Made by a program: the position numbers and the translations under genes
Shown: positions 19,108 to 28,535 of the stretch, piece after piece
How positions within the stretch are numbered: position 1 is the first letter of the stretch
How the letters are laid out: each line of letters starts with the position of its first letter
From: Dehalococcoidia bacterium
GTDB taxonomy: Bacteria; Chloroflexota; Dehalococcoidia; Lucifugimonadales; UBA3495
DNA length: 64,000 nt
Assembly: GCA_965204905.1 (NCBI GenBank)
Contig: OZ242042.1
Location: forward strand, 4,012,891 to 4,076,890
Direction of reading: 5' to 3'
The notes under the pieces: model-generated
Told to the model about the DNA's origin: nothing
Databases searched by the model: none
What the model saw: only the letters and a program-made list of their open reading frames with translations

Positions 19108-20862
19108 TCAGGGTCGAGGCCCGTACCAGCGGTTGATGACCTCGTCCACTTTCGCCGCAATTTCGTCCGACACGCCTTCCTTGAAGGCTGCTTCCACGTG
19201 GCAGATGGTCAGGTCGGTGCCCACGCAGGCATCGCTATAGTCCTCCGCTTGTGACTTCAACCACAGGCTGCGGAAGCCCGGTCGGAAAACCTCTTCGCCG
19301 AGGGTGTCGTACAGGTCAACGAACAGCCGCTCGCCAAGCGAGTAGTTACAGCGGAACCAATTTTGCGCCACCGTCTCCCGCCAGGTTTCCCGGTGAACGG
19401 CCAAACCTTCCAGCTCGGCGATGGTTTCGGCAGAGGCGCAGGGGTTGCTCCTTACCTGTACAGGCTCGTCGATGCGAGCGTTTTCGGCGATGGACTCAAG
19501 GAAATTAGCGGGCCCTTCATCCAGCCAATCCCGGCTGTTGCCTCGCCAGTAGTAATGGGCTACCTCGTGGGCAATCGTAGAGGGCGCATAGCGCCACAGC
19601 CGGCCATGTTCCAGGTCGTAGTCCAACGACATCGCGATATGCGTGCCGAAATTGGTGCCGGCGCCCCCGCCTGAATGGACGTTGGCGTCGTCAAAATACA
19701 AAGCGACGTAGCCGGTGGGCAACGGTTCGCCCATAAACTCTTCGATGGTGCGCACACTGTGCTCCAGGTAGTCCATGTTGGGCGTAATCTGATCCCGGAT
19801 GCGTATGATGGCCAGCAACGTCTCTCCGGATAGCGGCAGGTCGATGACGCGCTCTTCCAGGTGCACGGCGCTTCCCCGCAGCAGTACGTCAACCGATTCG
19901 GGCCGATACGTATAGGTGCCTCCGAGCAGCGACACGATTTTGGCCTCATCGTCGGTGATGCCGTCCTTGATTCTGGAATGATTCATGACCTCCAGGAAGG
20001 CGGCGGTATCGGCGCGCTCCAGCCTCGCCAATGAGTTGACAGCCAGAGCGTCCGCACTCTCCACACTCTCCAAAAACGGCATGTCCAATATCTCCGACGC
20101 CTTTGCGATAATATCCGGTCGAATATTCTCTCCTTCCGTCCATACCACTGAGTACAAGCGCCTGATTGTCATCGCTTCGTCCCTGCTGACTTCATCTGCC
20201 ATCCAGGGTTTTTGCAGAATTGTGCTGGCCAAGTCTGTACTCCACCAGGACAGCCATCTCAAATACTCAACGGCGATGGCCTCGTGGTCGGTAATGCCGT
20301 CCTGCAACCAGGGCTTTTCCACCAGCGTGCTGAATGTATCAGGGTACCACCGCGCCGCCGCAATCAGCTTTTCCGCGGTTTCTCGCTCGTCCTCGTCGAC
20401 TCCGTCCGCAACCCACGGCAATCCAGTTAGCGCGTCGTGCTGTGCCCGTCGGCTCTGTTTCAGCCACGCGCCATGCTCCAGGCCGGCGATGGGGCTGGGT
20501 GGTGTCGGCGTGCTGGTCGGACGCGGGGTAAAAGTTGGTCGGGGCGTGCGGGTTGGCGCGGGCGTATTCGTCGGTGTTGCCTCAGGCGCCGGCGTGAAGG
20601 TGGGCATCGGCGTGTCGGTCGGTTCTGGGACGCTGGTGGGAGGAACCGGCGTGTAAGTAGGTGTCGATGGCGCGACTGTTGCCGTGGGCAATGCCGTCGG
20701 CGCAAGCGTAGCCGCAGGCAGTTGTTTCGGTGTGGGGAGCGGGGTGTAGGTAGGCTGGGGCGTGGGCGTATTCGTCGGAACCGCAACGCTAACAGTTTCA
20801 CTCCGGCAGGCGACTAGCAGGAAGGTAAAGATGATGACAGATGCGGCAAGCCTGCCTTTCAT
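19108..20862 (-). CDS. Lipoprotein with Pro/Thr-rich linker, helical repeats and a C-terminal gluzincin-like Zn metallopeptidase domain
   Basis: Lipobox LLVAC; PT-rich stretch; AHEVAHYYW...WLDEG. Confidence 0.75.
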   Translation of the reverse strand: MKGRLAASVIIFTFLLVACRSETVSVAVPTNTPTPQPTYTPLPTPKQLPAATLAPTALPTATVAPSTPTYTPVPPTSVPEPTDTPMPTFTPAPEATPTNTPAPTRTPRPTFTPRPTSTPTPPSPIAGLEHGAWLKQSRRAQHDALTGLPWVADGVDEDERETAEKLIAAARWYPDTFSTLVEKPWLQDGITDHEAIAVEYLRWLSWWSTDLASTILQKPWMADEVSRDEAMTIRRLYSVVWTEGENIRPDIIAKASEILDMPFLESVESADALAVNSLARLERADTAAFLEVMNHSRIKDGITDDEAKIVSLLGGTYTYRPESVDVLLRGSAVHLEERVIDLPLSGETLLAIIRIRDQITPNMDYLEHSVRTIEEFMGEPLPTGYVALYFDDANVHSGGGAGTNFGTHIAMSLDYDLEHGRLWRYAPSTIAHEVAHYYWRGNSRDWLDEGPANFLESIAENARIDEPVQVRSNPCASAETIAELEGLAVHRETWRETVAQNWFRCNYSLGERLFVDLYDTLGEEVFRPGFRSLWLKSQAEDYSDACVGTDLTICHVEAAFKEGVSDEIAAKVDEVINRWYGPRP

Positions 20863-21075
20863 TGGGAACCCCCTTGCGGACTCGGAAACAGGCTAGCAGG
20901 CCCGGGCTAATGGGGTCAATTAATTGTCACGAGGCGCGCGGTTGCCAAGCGGGGGGACGACGGCGGGTGTTGTCATCCCCGTCGGTACCGTGGTGGAATC
21001 GTCAGAAGCAGCGGTTATAGCGGAGTGCTACAATTGACCAGTCCTAACTGCAACGTGCGCGCAACGAAAGAGGCC

Positions 21076-21318
21076 ATGATGAAGACGACCGTAAGAGCAA
21101 CGTACTCCAATGGAACGCTTACGCCCGAGCACGCCCTGGACCTTGCTGAAGGCGAGCAGGTAACCGTGACGGTAGAGTCTCAACCCAGCTTTTCTTTCGC
21201 GCCGTCGGGGCACTCCGCCGTTGATATTCTGGACGAAGCCCCCGGTCAACTCCTCTTCAAAACTGCTGCCGACGTGGCGGCATACCTGGAAGAAGAGCGG
21301 GCGTCATGGGATCGCTGA
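21076..21318 (+). CDS. Antitoxin, AF2212/DUF104-like
   Basis: TVRATYSNGTLTPEHALDLAEGEQVTVTV, C-terminal EERASWDR; overlaps the PIN gene. Confidence 0.75.
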   Translation: MMKTTVRATYSNGTLTPEHALDLAEGEQVTVTVESQPSFSFAPSGHSAVDILDEAPGQLLFKTAADVAAYLEEERASWDR

Positions 21319-21746
21319 TCCTTCCCGATGACGGGCCGATATATCTCGATGCTAACGGGTTTATCTACAGCGTAGAGCGGGTTGAGCCTTACCGCGCGTT
21401 GCTGGACCCTATGTGGCGACAGGCCCAGGCCGGTGTGTTCCACATCATAAGCAGCGAACTGGCGATGCTGGAAACCCTGGTCAAGCCGCTGCGTGAGGGC
21501 AACACGGTTCTTGAGTCGCTATTCCGGAGGCTCTTCGACGCCGATGAGGTCAGCCTGATACCAGCTACACGTGCGCTATGGGAAGAGGCGGCCCGATTGC
21601 GCGCCGAAACCGGGCTCAGGACGCCGGACGCGCTTCACGCGGCAACGGCGTTGCGCGCCCGGTGCACGCTCTTCGTCACCAACGACGGCGCCTTTCGCCG
21701 TGTGGAGGGTCTCCCCGTAGTCGTTCTGGACGACCTCATCACCTGA
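21306..21746 (+). CDS. vapC: PIN-domain VapC toxin
   Basis: IYLDANGFIY, ETLVKP, LRTPDALHAATA, FVTND. Confidence 0.88.
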   Translation: MGSLILPDDGPIYLDANGFIYSVERVEPYRALLDPMWRQAQAGVFHIISSELAMLETLVKPLREGNTVLESLFRRLFDADEVSLIPATRALWEEAARLRAETGLRTPDALHAATALRARCTLFVTNDGAFRRVEGLPVVVLDDLIT

Positions 21747-21873
21747 CACTGAGGGTCGGACCGAAGCGCGGCGCTCGCAATGACAAGGGGGTATGCGTGA
21801 GGTCAATGGCGCGGTTGCCAAGTGGGGGGATTCGTGCCAGAATCGGCTAAATTCAGCAGGGGATGAAAGGATT

Positions 21874-23595
21874 ATGCAGTTGCGAATTATGTCGCCCGCC
21901 GCGGCGCGGGTGGATTTCAAGGTGCCGCCGGCGCCGCGTTTGGACACGCTGGAGGGCAAGACCATCGGCCTGTACGACAACATGACCGGCGGCGCCGGCG
22001 TGGCCGTTGACCGGGTGGCCGAGCACATCGGCCGGCGCTTCTCCGGCGTGAAGTTTGAGAGCTACGGCGGCCCCCGGCGCGATGGACGGCCGGCGCTCAG
22101 CCGGGGCGTCCACATCGACGAGGCGGAGGCGGCAATCATCGCCAACGAGGTTGACGCGATGGTGGGGGCGGCGGCGCATTGAGGGGGCTGCACGTCGTGG
22201 CTTGCCCACGACATGGTAGCGATGGAGAAGGCCGGGATTCCCGCCGTCGGCATCGCTGCGCGCAGCTTCGCACGGGCGTGGCAGTCCTGCGTGGACGGCT
22301 GGGGACAGCCGGCGACGGCGTTCGTCACGATTCCCCACGCCTGCACCGGACAGCAGGCCGATTACATCCACTCGATGGTGGATGAGCAGATTGATAACAT
22401 CATCCTGGGCCTGACCCGGATGTCCACGACCGCCGACCTGTCCAGCATGACCAACGGGCACAGCGAGACCGACGTGTTCACGGTGACGCTGGACGAATCG
22501 CCGTGGGGCATCGACGCGGTGAACCGCTTCATGGAGGAGCGGGACTGGAGCGACGGGATGCCCGTGGTGCCGCCCACGCCGGAGTTGGTGGAGGCGATGC
22601 TGAAGGGCACGCGGCGCGCTCCTCAGGACGTGGTGATGGTGATGGAGCCTGGGTTCGGCTTGGCGACGGTGGAGAAGATCGCCATCAACGCCGTCATGGC
22701 GGGATGCCGGCCGGAGCAGTTCCCCATCCTGCTGGCGGCCATCGAGTGCATCGCGCAGCCGGAGAGCAACCACCGGGACATGCAGGTGTCGGGGCATACC
22801 GAAGCGCCGCTGATCCTGGTGAACGGGCCGATTGCGGACCGGGCGGGCATCAACTACGGCACGTCGGCCATGGGGCCGGGCGTGGTCAACAAGGCCAACA
22901 CCGCCATCGGGCGGGCGCTGCGGCTGTGCCTGATCAACATCGGCTACTGCAAGGCGGGCGCGGGCGACCCCAACTTCATCGGGCTGCCCACCAAGTTCGG
23001 CATGTGCATCGCCGAGAACGAGGCAGTCAGCCCGTGGCAGCCGTATCACGTGGACAAGGGGTTCCGGCCCGACGAGAGCGCGGTAACGGTAGTGACGGTA
23101 ACCGGGCCGACGGACGTGCTGGACAACGCCTCGAAGAATCACCTGGATACGCTGAACAACATCGCGTCGATGATGTTCTACCGTCATGCCGGCGGCGGAG
23201 CGTGGATCAAGGGCCACCAAACGGCGCAGGTGGGACACACCAACCAGCGGGTGCCTTTCCAGGGGCCGTACCATCCCATCATGCTCAGCCCGTCGCGCGC
23301 GGTGATCCTGCACAACGCCGGGTTCAGCAAGCGGGATGCCCAGGAGTGGCTGCACGAGCGCTGCCGCGCGTCGGTGCAGGACGCCATCCGCAACGGCGTG
23401 CCGACGGACGAGAACGGCAAGTGGCTGGCGCATCCCGAGTTGCAGCACCTGGCCGACGATCCGGAGGCGACGATTCCCGCGCTGGAGGATCCGGAGCAGT
23501 ACCTGCTGTGGGTCACCGGTGGGTCAACCCACTACGCCAACTTCTTCTACGGGACGTACGGCATCGCGACGGTGCCGGTGGAGGACGTGGGGTAG
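21874..23595 (+). CDS. UGSC-family selenoprotein (573 aa, Sec103, U-G-G-C motif) fused to its conserved partner domain
   Basis: ORFs 21793..22182 and 22213..23595 share a frame and are separated only by TGA 22180-22182; readthrough gives AAAH-U-GGCTSWLAHDMVAMEKAGIP; SECIS-like hairpin follows; ATG 21874 follows GAAAGG. Confidence 0.85.
22191..22215 (+). promoter_or_regulatory. Candidate bacterial SECIS element
   Basis: Perfect stem GTCGTGG (22194-22200) / CCACGAC (22206-22212), loop CTTGC containing G; 11 nt lie between the UGA and the stem, which extends to 10 bp with one mismatch. Confidence 0.7.
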
Positions 23596-23622
23596 CACGC
23601 CGAGGGCGCTTGCGCGGTAAAA

Positions 23623-23656
23623 TGGAGGGGGAAGCCTTCACCGGCTGCCCCCTTCG
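23623..23656 (+). terminator. GC-rich hairpin after the selenoprotein gene
   Basis: GGAGGGGGAAGCC...GGCTGCCCCCTTC imperfect inverted repeat; no clear U-tract. Confidence 0.35.
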
Positions 23657-23693
23657 TCATCAACGTCCAGTGCCGGAAACCGGAGCGACCATT

Positions 23694-24005
23694 ATGAGTT
23701 CGAGCTCGTCCACCGCGTATGAGAGACTGATGCCGATTCATCCCGGTGAAATTCTCAACGAGGAGTTTCTGGAACCCTTGAACATCAGCCAATACCGATT
23801 GGCAAAGTCCATGGACGTTGACCCACGACGTATTCATGCCATCGTACATGGCGAACGGGCGATCACCGCCGAAACTGCGCTGCTGCTGTCCCGATTCTTC
23901 GGGAACAGCGCGGCCTTCTGGATGGGGTTGCAGAACCAGTATGATCTGGAAACCGCCGAGGACCGCATGACGGAAAGGCTGGCGGCTGTGGAGCCGCATC
24001 GGTAA
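23694..24005 (+). CDS. higA: HigA family addiction-module antitoxin (XRE HTH)
   Basis: IHPGEILNEEFLEPLNISQYRLA...ITAETALLLSRFFGNSAAFWMGLQNQYDL. Confidence 0.92.
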   Translation: MSSSSSTAYERLMPIHPGEILNEEFLEPLNISQYRLAKSMDVDPRRIHAIVHGERAITAETALLLSRFFGNSAAFWMGLQNQYDLETAEDRMTERLAAVEPHR

Positions 24006-24065
24006 GGGAGTATAATCCGATTGAGATAGGAGATTAGCCCAAGTCTATCGACGTATGGGGGAAAC

Positions 24066-24524
24066 ATGCCTGCGGTTTGGGACGAGTCTAGTTGGGCGGT
24101 ATTCGGCGCTCTTCTGAGAGGCGACGGTTTTTCTCAGGAAGAGGCTGTGCAGTATGTGAACTGTTCGGACAGGGCAGTGAAGCAAGCAAATCGCGTTCGC
24201 CTTAAGGGGGCTCGTGCCGTCTGGATAGCGGTTGTGACGAAGGAGGTCACTGTCGCGGATGCCGACGCTCTGGTTAAGCGGTTCGAGGGAGACCATTGGG
24301 AACAGACGTTAGCATTGAAACGGCTACGGGATGGTGAGATCACGGAGTTGAGGCATCATCAAGTTGTCAGTACCGATGGCGCGACCGCTTTTCAGGATAT
24401 GATGCGCAGGTTTCGGGAAACGCCGGCGCCCGATTGGTCGTTGACCGAAGAGCAGATAGCGGAGGGGGTAGAACTTGCCGAGGTGGGTTTGGCTGAGGAT
24501 GCCGAAACATGGCCCGGTTACTGA
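24066..24524 (+). CDS. Putative antitoxin of the downstream MazF with an unrecognised N-terminal domain
   Basis: Overlaps the mazF start; acidic C-terminus LAEVGLAEDAETWPGY. Confidence 0.6.
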   Translation: MPAVWDESSWAVFGALLRGDGFSQEEAVQYVNCSDRAVKQANRVRLKGARAVWIAVVTKEVTVADADALVKRFEGDHWEQTLALKRLRDGEITELRHHQVVSTDGATAFQDMMRRFRETPAPDWSLTEEQIAEGVELAEVGLAEDAETWPGY

Positions 24525-24859
24525 GGGGCGAGATAAGATGGGTGAACATCGAACCTGCCAATCAGGTAGTGGGGCATGAACAGGGCAATCGGCGTCCCGC
24601 CCTCATACTGAGCAACGACCGTTTCAATGCCGCATCGCAGTTGGTTATTGTAGCGTTGATCGGCTCGTCGGAAGCTAATCGGGTTCGCGCGACTGCCGTT
24701 CAAATCCAGTCGGTTGAGATGCCGAACACTCCGTCATGGGTTTTGACAGAGCAGATCCGAACGTTATCTACACGGCGGTTAGGAGACCTGATCGGGAGGG
24801 TGTCCGAAGAGGAATTTACGAAAGTTCTGGAAATGGTTTTTCGGCTCATGTACCAGTAA
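24509..24859 (+). CDS. mazF: PemK/MazF family toxin
   Basis: RGEIRWV, GHEQGNRRPALILSNDRFN, EQIRTLSTRRL. Confidence 0.9.
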   Translation: MARLLRGEIRWVNIEPANQVVGHEQGNRRPALILSNDRFNAASQLVIVALIGSSEANRVRATAVQIQSVEMPNTPSWVLTEQIRTLSTRRLGDLIGRVSEEEFTKVLEMVFRLMYQ

Positions 24860-24985
24860 TCCCGCATCGGCAAACTCCTTGCCCTACTATGCGGCGTATG
24901 GTAATTTGTCCGCATCAATTTCACGCCGCTAACATAGTGCGGGCGTGCGGTCACATGCACGCCAACCAGAGGAAGGAGCGTTGCC

Positions 24986-26029
24986 GTGGACCCGCTGCTT
25001 GAAGTCAAGAATCTACAAACGTACTTCTTTACCTACGAAGGCGTCGTCAAAGCGGTTGACGACGTCACCTACGAAGTGATGCCGGGCGAAACGCTGGGGC
25101 TGGTGGGCGAAAGCGGATGCGGCAAGAGCGTGAGCGCGCTGTCGCTGATGCGCCTGATTCCGGATCCTCCCGGCAAGACCATTGGCGGTGAGGTGCTGTT
25201 CGACGGAGAGGACATTCTCCAGGTCGATATGGACGATATGCGCCGCATCCGTGGCGCAAAGATGGCCATGGTGTTCCAGGAACCCATGACGTCGCTGAAC
25301 CCGGTGCTGACGCTAGACCGGCAACTGACCGAGACCATCCAGCTGCACATGGGGAAGTCGCGCGATGATGCCCGTCAGGACGCGGTGAACCTGCTGGCGC
25401 AGGTGGGCATCCCCGACCCTGAACGGCGCATCCGCCAGTATCCGCACCAGTTCAGCGGCGGGATGCGTCAGCGCGTGATGATCGCCATGGCGCTGAGCTG
25501 CAACCCCAAGCTGATCATCGCCGACGAGCCGACCACGGCACTGGACGTTACCATTCAGGCGCAGATCCTGGAGCTGATGAAGTCGCTGACGGATACCCTG
25601 GGCGTGGCGCTCATAATCATCACGCACAACCTGGGCGTGGTGGCGCGGTACGCCGACCGGGTGAACGTGATGTACGCCGGCAAGATCATTGAACGCGGCT
25701 CGGCGCTGGAGATTTACACCAACCCCAGGCATCCTTACACCGTGGGCCTGCTGGACTCGGTGCCGCGACTGGACCAGCGGCTTACCGACGACGAGGGCAA
25801 CGCGGCCAAGCTGGTGCCCATCGAAGGGCAGCCGCCCGACCTGGTGAACCTGCCGCAAGGCTGTTCGTTCCGCGCCCGTTGCCGCTGGGCCGTGGACAAG
25901 TGCGCCACGGAGGCGCCGCCACTGATGCAGGTGGAGAGCAGCAGCGGCGAGGAACCGCACGTGTCGGCCTGCTGGCGCTCGGAAGTGCTGGGCGTGCAGG
26001 CGCTGAGCTACGCCATGGGAACAGCGTAG
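24986..26029 (+). CDS. oppD: Peptide/nickel ABC transporter ATP-binding protein (OppD/DppD)
   Basis: GESGCGKS, YPHQFSGGMRQR, ADEPTTALD, HPYT and C-terminal Cys cluster. Confidence 0.9.
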   Translation: MDPLLEVKNLQTYFFTYEGVVKAVDDVTYEVMPGETLGLVGESGCGKSVSALSLMRLIPDPPGKTIGGEVLFDGEDILQVDMDDMRRIRGAKMAMVFQEPMTSLNPVLTLDRQLTETIQLHMGKSRDDARQDAVNLLAQVGIPDPERRIRQYPHQFSGGMRQRVMIAMALSCNPKLIIADEPTTALDVTIQAQILELMKSLTDTLGVALIIITHNLGVVARYADRVNVMYAGKIIERGSALEIYTNPRHPYTVGLLDSVPRLDQRLTDDEGNAAKLVPIEGQPPDLVNLPQGCSFRARCRWAVDKCATEAPPLMQVESSSGEEPHVSACWRSEVLGVQALSYAMGTA

Positions 26030-26139
26030 GTTTGCCAATGGAATGTCCGGAGTGAGCGATACCCCTCACCCAACCCTCTCCCACAAAGGGAGAGGGCCAT
26101 TTGCATAGCAATGACGATTAGGGGAGATGGAGTTTCACG

Positions 26140-27180
26140 ATGACGACTGCCGAAATGCCGCAGACCGCCGAGACGCAGCCGGGCCATGGGGACGTGCTGC
26201 TGGAAGTCCGTGGCCTGAAAATGCACTTTCCCGTGACGTCTGGAATCCTGTTCCAGCGGGCGGTGGCCCACATCAAAGCCATTGACGGCGTGGATTTCAC
26301 GGTGCTGCGGGGCGAGACGCTGGGACTGGTGGGAGAGTCGGGCTGTGGAAAGACTACCACGGGCCGGTGCATCCTGCGCCTGTACAAGCCCACGGACGGT
26401 GAAATCTGGTTCGACGGCACAGAGATCGCCAACGCGCGCACCAACCAGATGCGGGCGATGCGGCGGCAGATGCAGATCATATTCCAGGACCCGTACAGCT
26501 CACTGAACCCCCGCATGACTGCCGGCAACATCATCGGCGAGCCGTTGGCGGTGCATGGGCTGGTCAACAACAAGCGGGAGTACCGGGAGCGGGTGGCCGA
26601 GCTTTTGAACAACGTGGGCCTGAACCCGTACATGGCCGACCGGTTCCCCCACGAGTTCAGCGGCGGACAGCGCCAGCGCATCGGCGTGGCGCGGGCATTG
26701 TCGGTTGACCCGTCGTTCATCGTGTGCGACGAGCCGGTGTCGGCGCTGGACGTGTCCATCCAGGCGCAGATCATCAACCTGCTGGAAGACCTGCAGGAAC
26801 GCTACGACCTGACCTATTTGTTCATCGCGCACGACCTGTCAGTGGTGCGACACATCAGCGACCGGGTGGCGGTGATGTACCTGGGCAAGATTGTCGAGAT
26901 TGCCGACCGAAACGCCATTTACGAGAATCCGCAGCATCCCTACACCCGGGCGCTGCTGTCGGCGGTTCCGATTCCCGACCCGGTGCTGGACGCGCAGCGC
27001 GAACGCATCATCCTGTCGGGCGAGGTGCCCAGCCCTTTGAATCCGCCCAGCGGCTGCGTGTTCCATCCCCGCTGTCCGCTGGCGACGGACGACTGCATGC
27101 GGGTTATCCCGGAGGCGCGGGAGGTGATGCCGGACCACATTGCGGCGTGCATCAACGTGCCGGGGTACGGGCCGTACTGA
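26140..27180 (+). CDS. oppF: Peptide ABC transporter ATP-binding protein (OppF/DppF)
   Basis: [41 protein letters not shown]. Confidence 0.9.
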   Translation: MTTAEMPQTAETQPGHGDVLLEVRGLKMHFPVTSGILFQRAVAHIKAIDGVDFTVLRGETLGLVGESGCGKTTTGRCILRLYKPTDGEIWFDGTEIANARTNQMRAMRRQMQIIFQDPYSSLNPRMTAGNIIGEPLAVHGLVNNKREYRERVAELLNNVGLNPYMADRFPHEFSGGQRQRIGVARALSVDPSFIVCDEPVSALDVSIQAQIINLLEDLQERYDLTYLFIAHDLSVVRHISDRVAVMYLGKIVEIADRNAIYENPQHPYTRALLSAVPIPDPVLDAQRERIILSGEVPSPLNPPSGCVFHPRCPLATDDCMRVIPEAREVMPDHIAACINVPGYGPY

Positions 27181-27289
27181 TACTACAGACAAGGTCAAGA
27201 AGTGTGGGGGTGATGGTATGTCGCCCCCACAAGTTTTTGACAGTGCCAGCCTCCGGCCTTATCCTGTCATTCACGGAGGCCACGACGCC

Positions 27290-27490
27290 ATGACCATGTG
27301 GGACCGCATATTTCTACTGTCGATTGTCGTGTATTTTGTTGGTATGCTGGCAGTTATGGCCGGCGAATTTGTAATGCCAGGCTGGAAACCCGTTACATCA
27401 GTTGTGGGCGGTTCTATCGCTGGCATCGGTGGCCTGGCCTGCGCCGTGTCTGCCATTGTCCTGATATTTAGAATCAAAATACGGACATGA
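27290..27490 (+). CDS. Small 2-TM hypothetical protein
   Basis: GGAGG RBS and two hydrophobic helices; lower GC. Confidence 0.55.
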   Translation: MTMWDRIFLLSIVVYFVGMLAVMAGEFVMPGWKPVTSVVGGSIAGIGGLACAVSAIVLIFRIKIRT

Positions 27491-27493
27491 GCC

Positions 27494-27721
27494 GTGAAAT
27501 TTTACGGCCGGGCTGGGGAATTAATACTGATTGGGCTACTGGCTCTAAACGCTATCATCATCACGGCAAGCGCGGCTGCAATAGCGTATTCCGTAATTGA
27601 CCCCACGAAGATAGACCGATTTCTAGCCATCATTGGCGCCTTGGGTGGTCTCCCCATGATTATCGGCCTGTACGTATGGCTGCGAACGCTTCGCGAAAAT
27701 GATAGCGACTCTGAGGATTGA
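27494..27721 (+). CDS. Small 2-TM hypothetical protein
   Basis: Two hydrophobic helices; tightly spaced to both neighbours. Confidence 0.5.
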   Translation: MKFYGRAGELILIGLLALNAIIITASAAAIAYSVIDPTKIDRFLAIIGALGGLPMIIGLYVWLRTLRENDSDSED

Positions 27722-27724
27722 CCT

Positions 27725-28492
27725 ATGCGTCTTGAAAACAAAACCGCTCTGATTACCGGCGCCAGTCGCAACATTGGCGCCGAGATTGCCCGCACCTTTG
27801 CCCGCGAGGGGGCGGACCTAATCCTGAACACGCGGCAGTCGGTGGAGGACCTGGAGTCCGTGGCCGCCGAGTGCCGGGAGTTGGGGGTACGCACCCACAC
27901 CGTCATCGGCGACGTGTCCGACCCGGACCGGGTGACCGCGATGGTGTCTGAGGGGATTGACGCACTGGGCACTGTGGACGTGCTGGTTAGCAACGTTGCG
28001 GTGCGTCCGCACAAGCCATTGCTGGAGGTGTCGGTGGAGGAATGGCAGGACGTCATCGCCACCAACCTGCACGCATCGTTCTACCTGATGCGGGCCGTGC
28101 TGCCGGGGATGCTGGAGCAGGGTTCTGGGAGCATCATCGCGCTGGGCGGGCAGGCCGCCATCACCGGGCGGCCGGAAACCGCCGTGGTGACCACCGCCAA
28201 GACGGGACTGCTGGGGCTGATCCGCGCCGTTGCCGCCGAATACGCTGGTCAAGGCGTGCGAGCCAACCTGGTGAATCCCGGTTCCACGGACACGTTCCGC
28301 GCACATCCGGAATGGTATCCGGAGTTTCAGGAAGTTGAACGGAACTCCACGCAGCATCTGAGCTCCATTCCGATGGGGAGGCAGGGCACGGTGCAGGACA
28401 TCGCCAACGCCTGCCTGTTTTACGCCAGCGACGAATCGTCCTACATCACCGGCGACCGGATGAACGTGGTGGGCGGGCGATACATCGTATAA
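27725..28492 (+). CDS. SDR family oxidoreductase (FabG-like, atypical catalytic motif)
   Basis: ITGASRNIG, RANLVNPG; VxxxK (VTTAK) replaces YxxxK. Confidence 0.85.
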   Translation: MRLENKTALITGASRNIGAEIARTFAREGADLILNTRQSVEDLESVAAECRELGVRTHTVIGDVSDPDRVTAMVSEGIDALGTVDVLVSNVAVRPHKPLLEVSVEEWQDVIATNLHASFYLMRAVLPGMLEQGSGSIIALGGQAAITGRPETAVVTTAKTGLLGLIRAVAAEYAGQGVRANLVNPGSTDTFRAHPEWYPEFQEVERNSTQHLSSIPMGRQGTVQDIANACLFYASDESSYITGDRMNVVGGRYIV

Positions 28493-28535
28493 TGCCCGCC
28501 CGGCAGTGTCGCACGTCTCACGGAGCAGGGCCGCT

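Noticed and set aside
20480-20790. Pro/Thr-coding low-complexity stretch as a DNA repeat element
   Set aside because: Explained by the PT-rich linker of the lipoprotein.
21793-22182. Standalone 129-aa gene or nonsense pseudogene
   Set aside because: The stop falls exactly at a UxxC position and is followed by a hairpin, which Sec recoding explains better.
22503-24005. 500-aa ORF in the track
   Set aside because: The N-terminal ~400 aa are an alternate-frame shadow of the selenoprotein; only 23694-24005 (HigA) is credible.
27290-28492. Three ORFs in one frame separated by TGA plus one codon (27488-27490, 27719-27721), a possible further readthrough
   Set aside because: No Cys/redox context or SECIS-like hairpin seen; the SDR has a normal standalone N-terminus, so coincidence is more likely.
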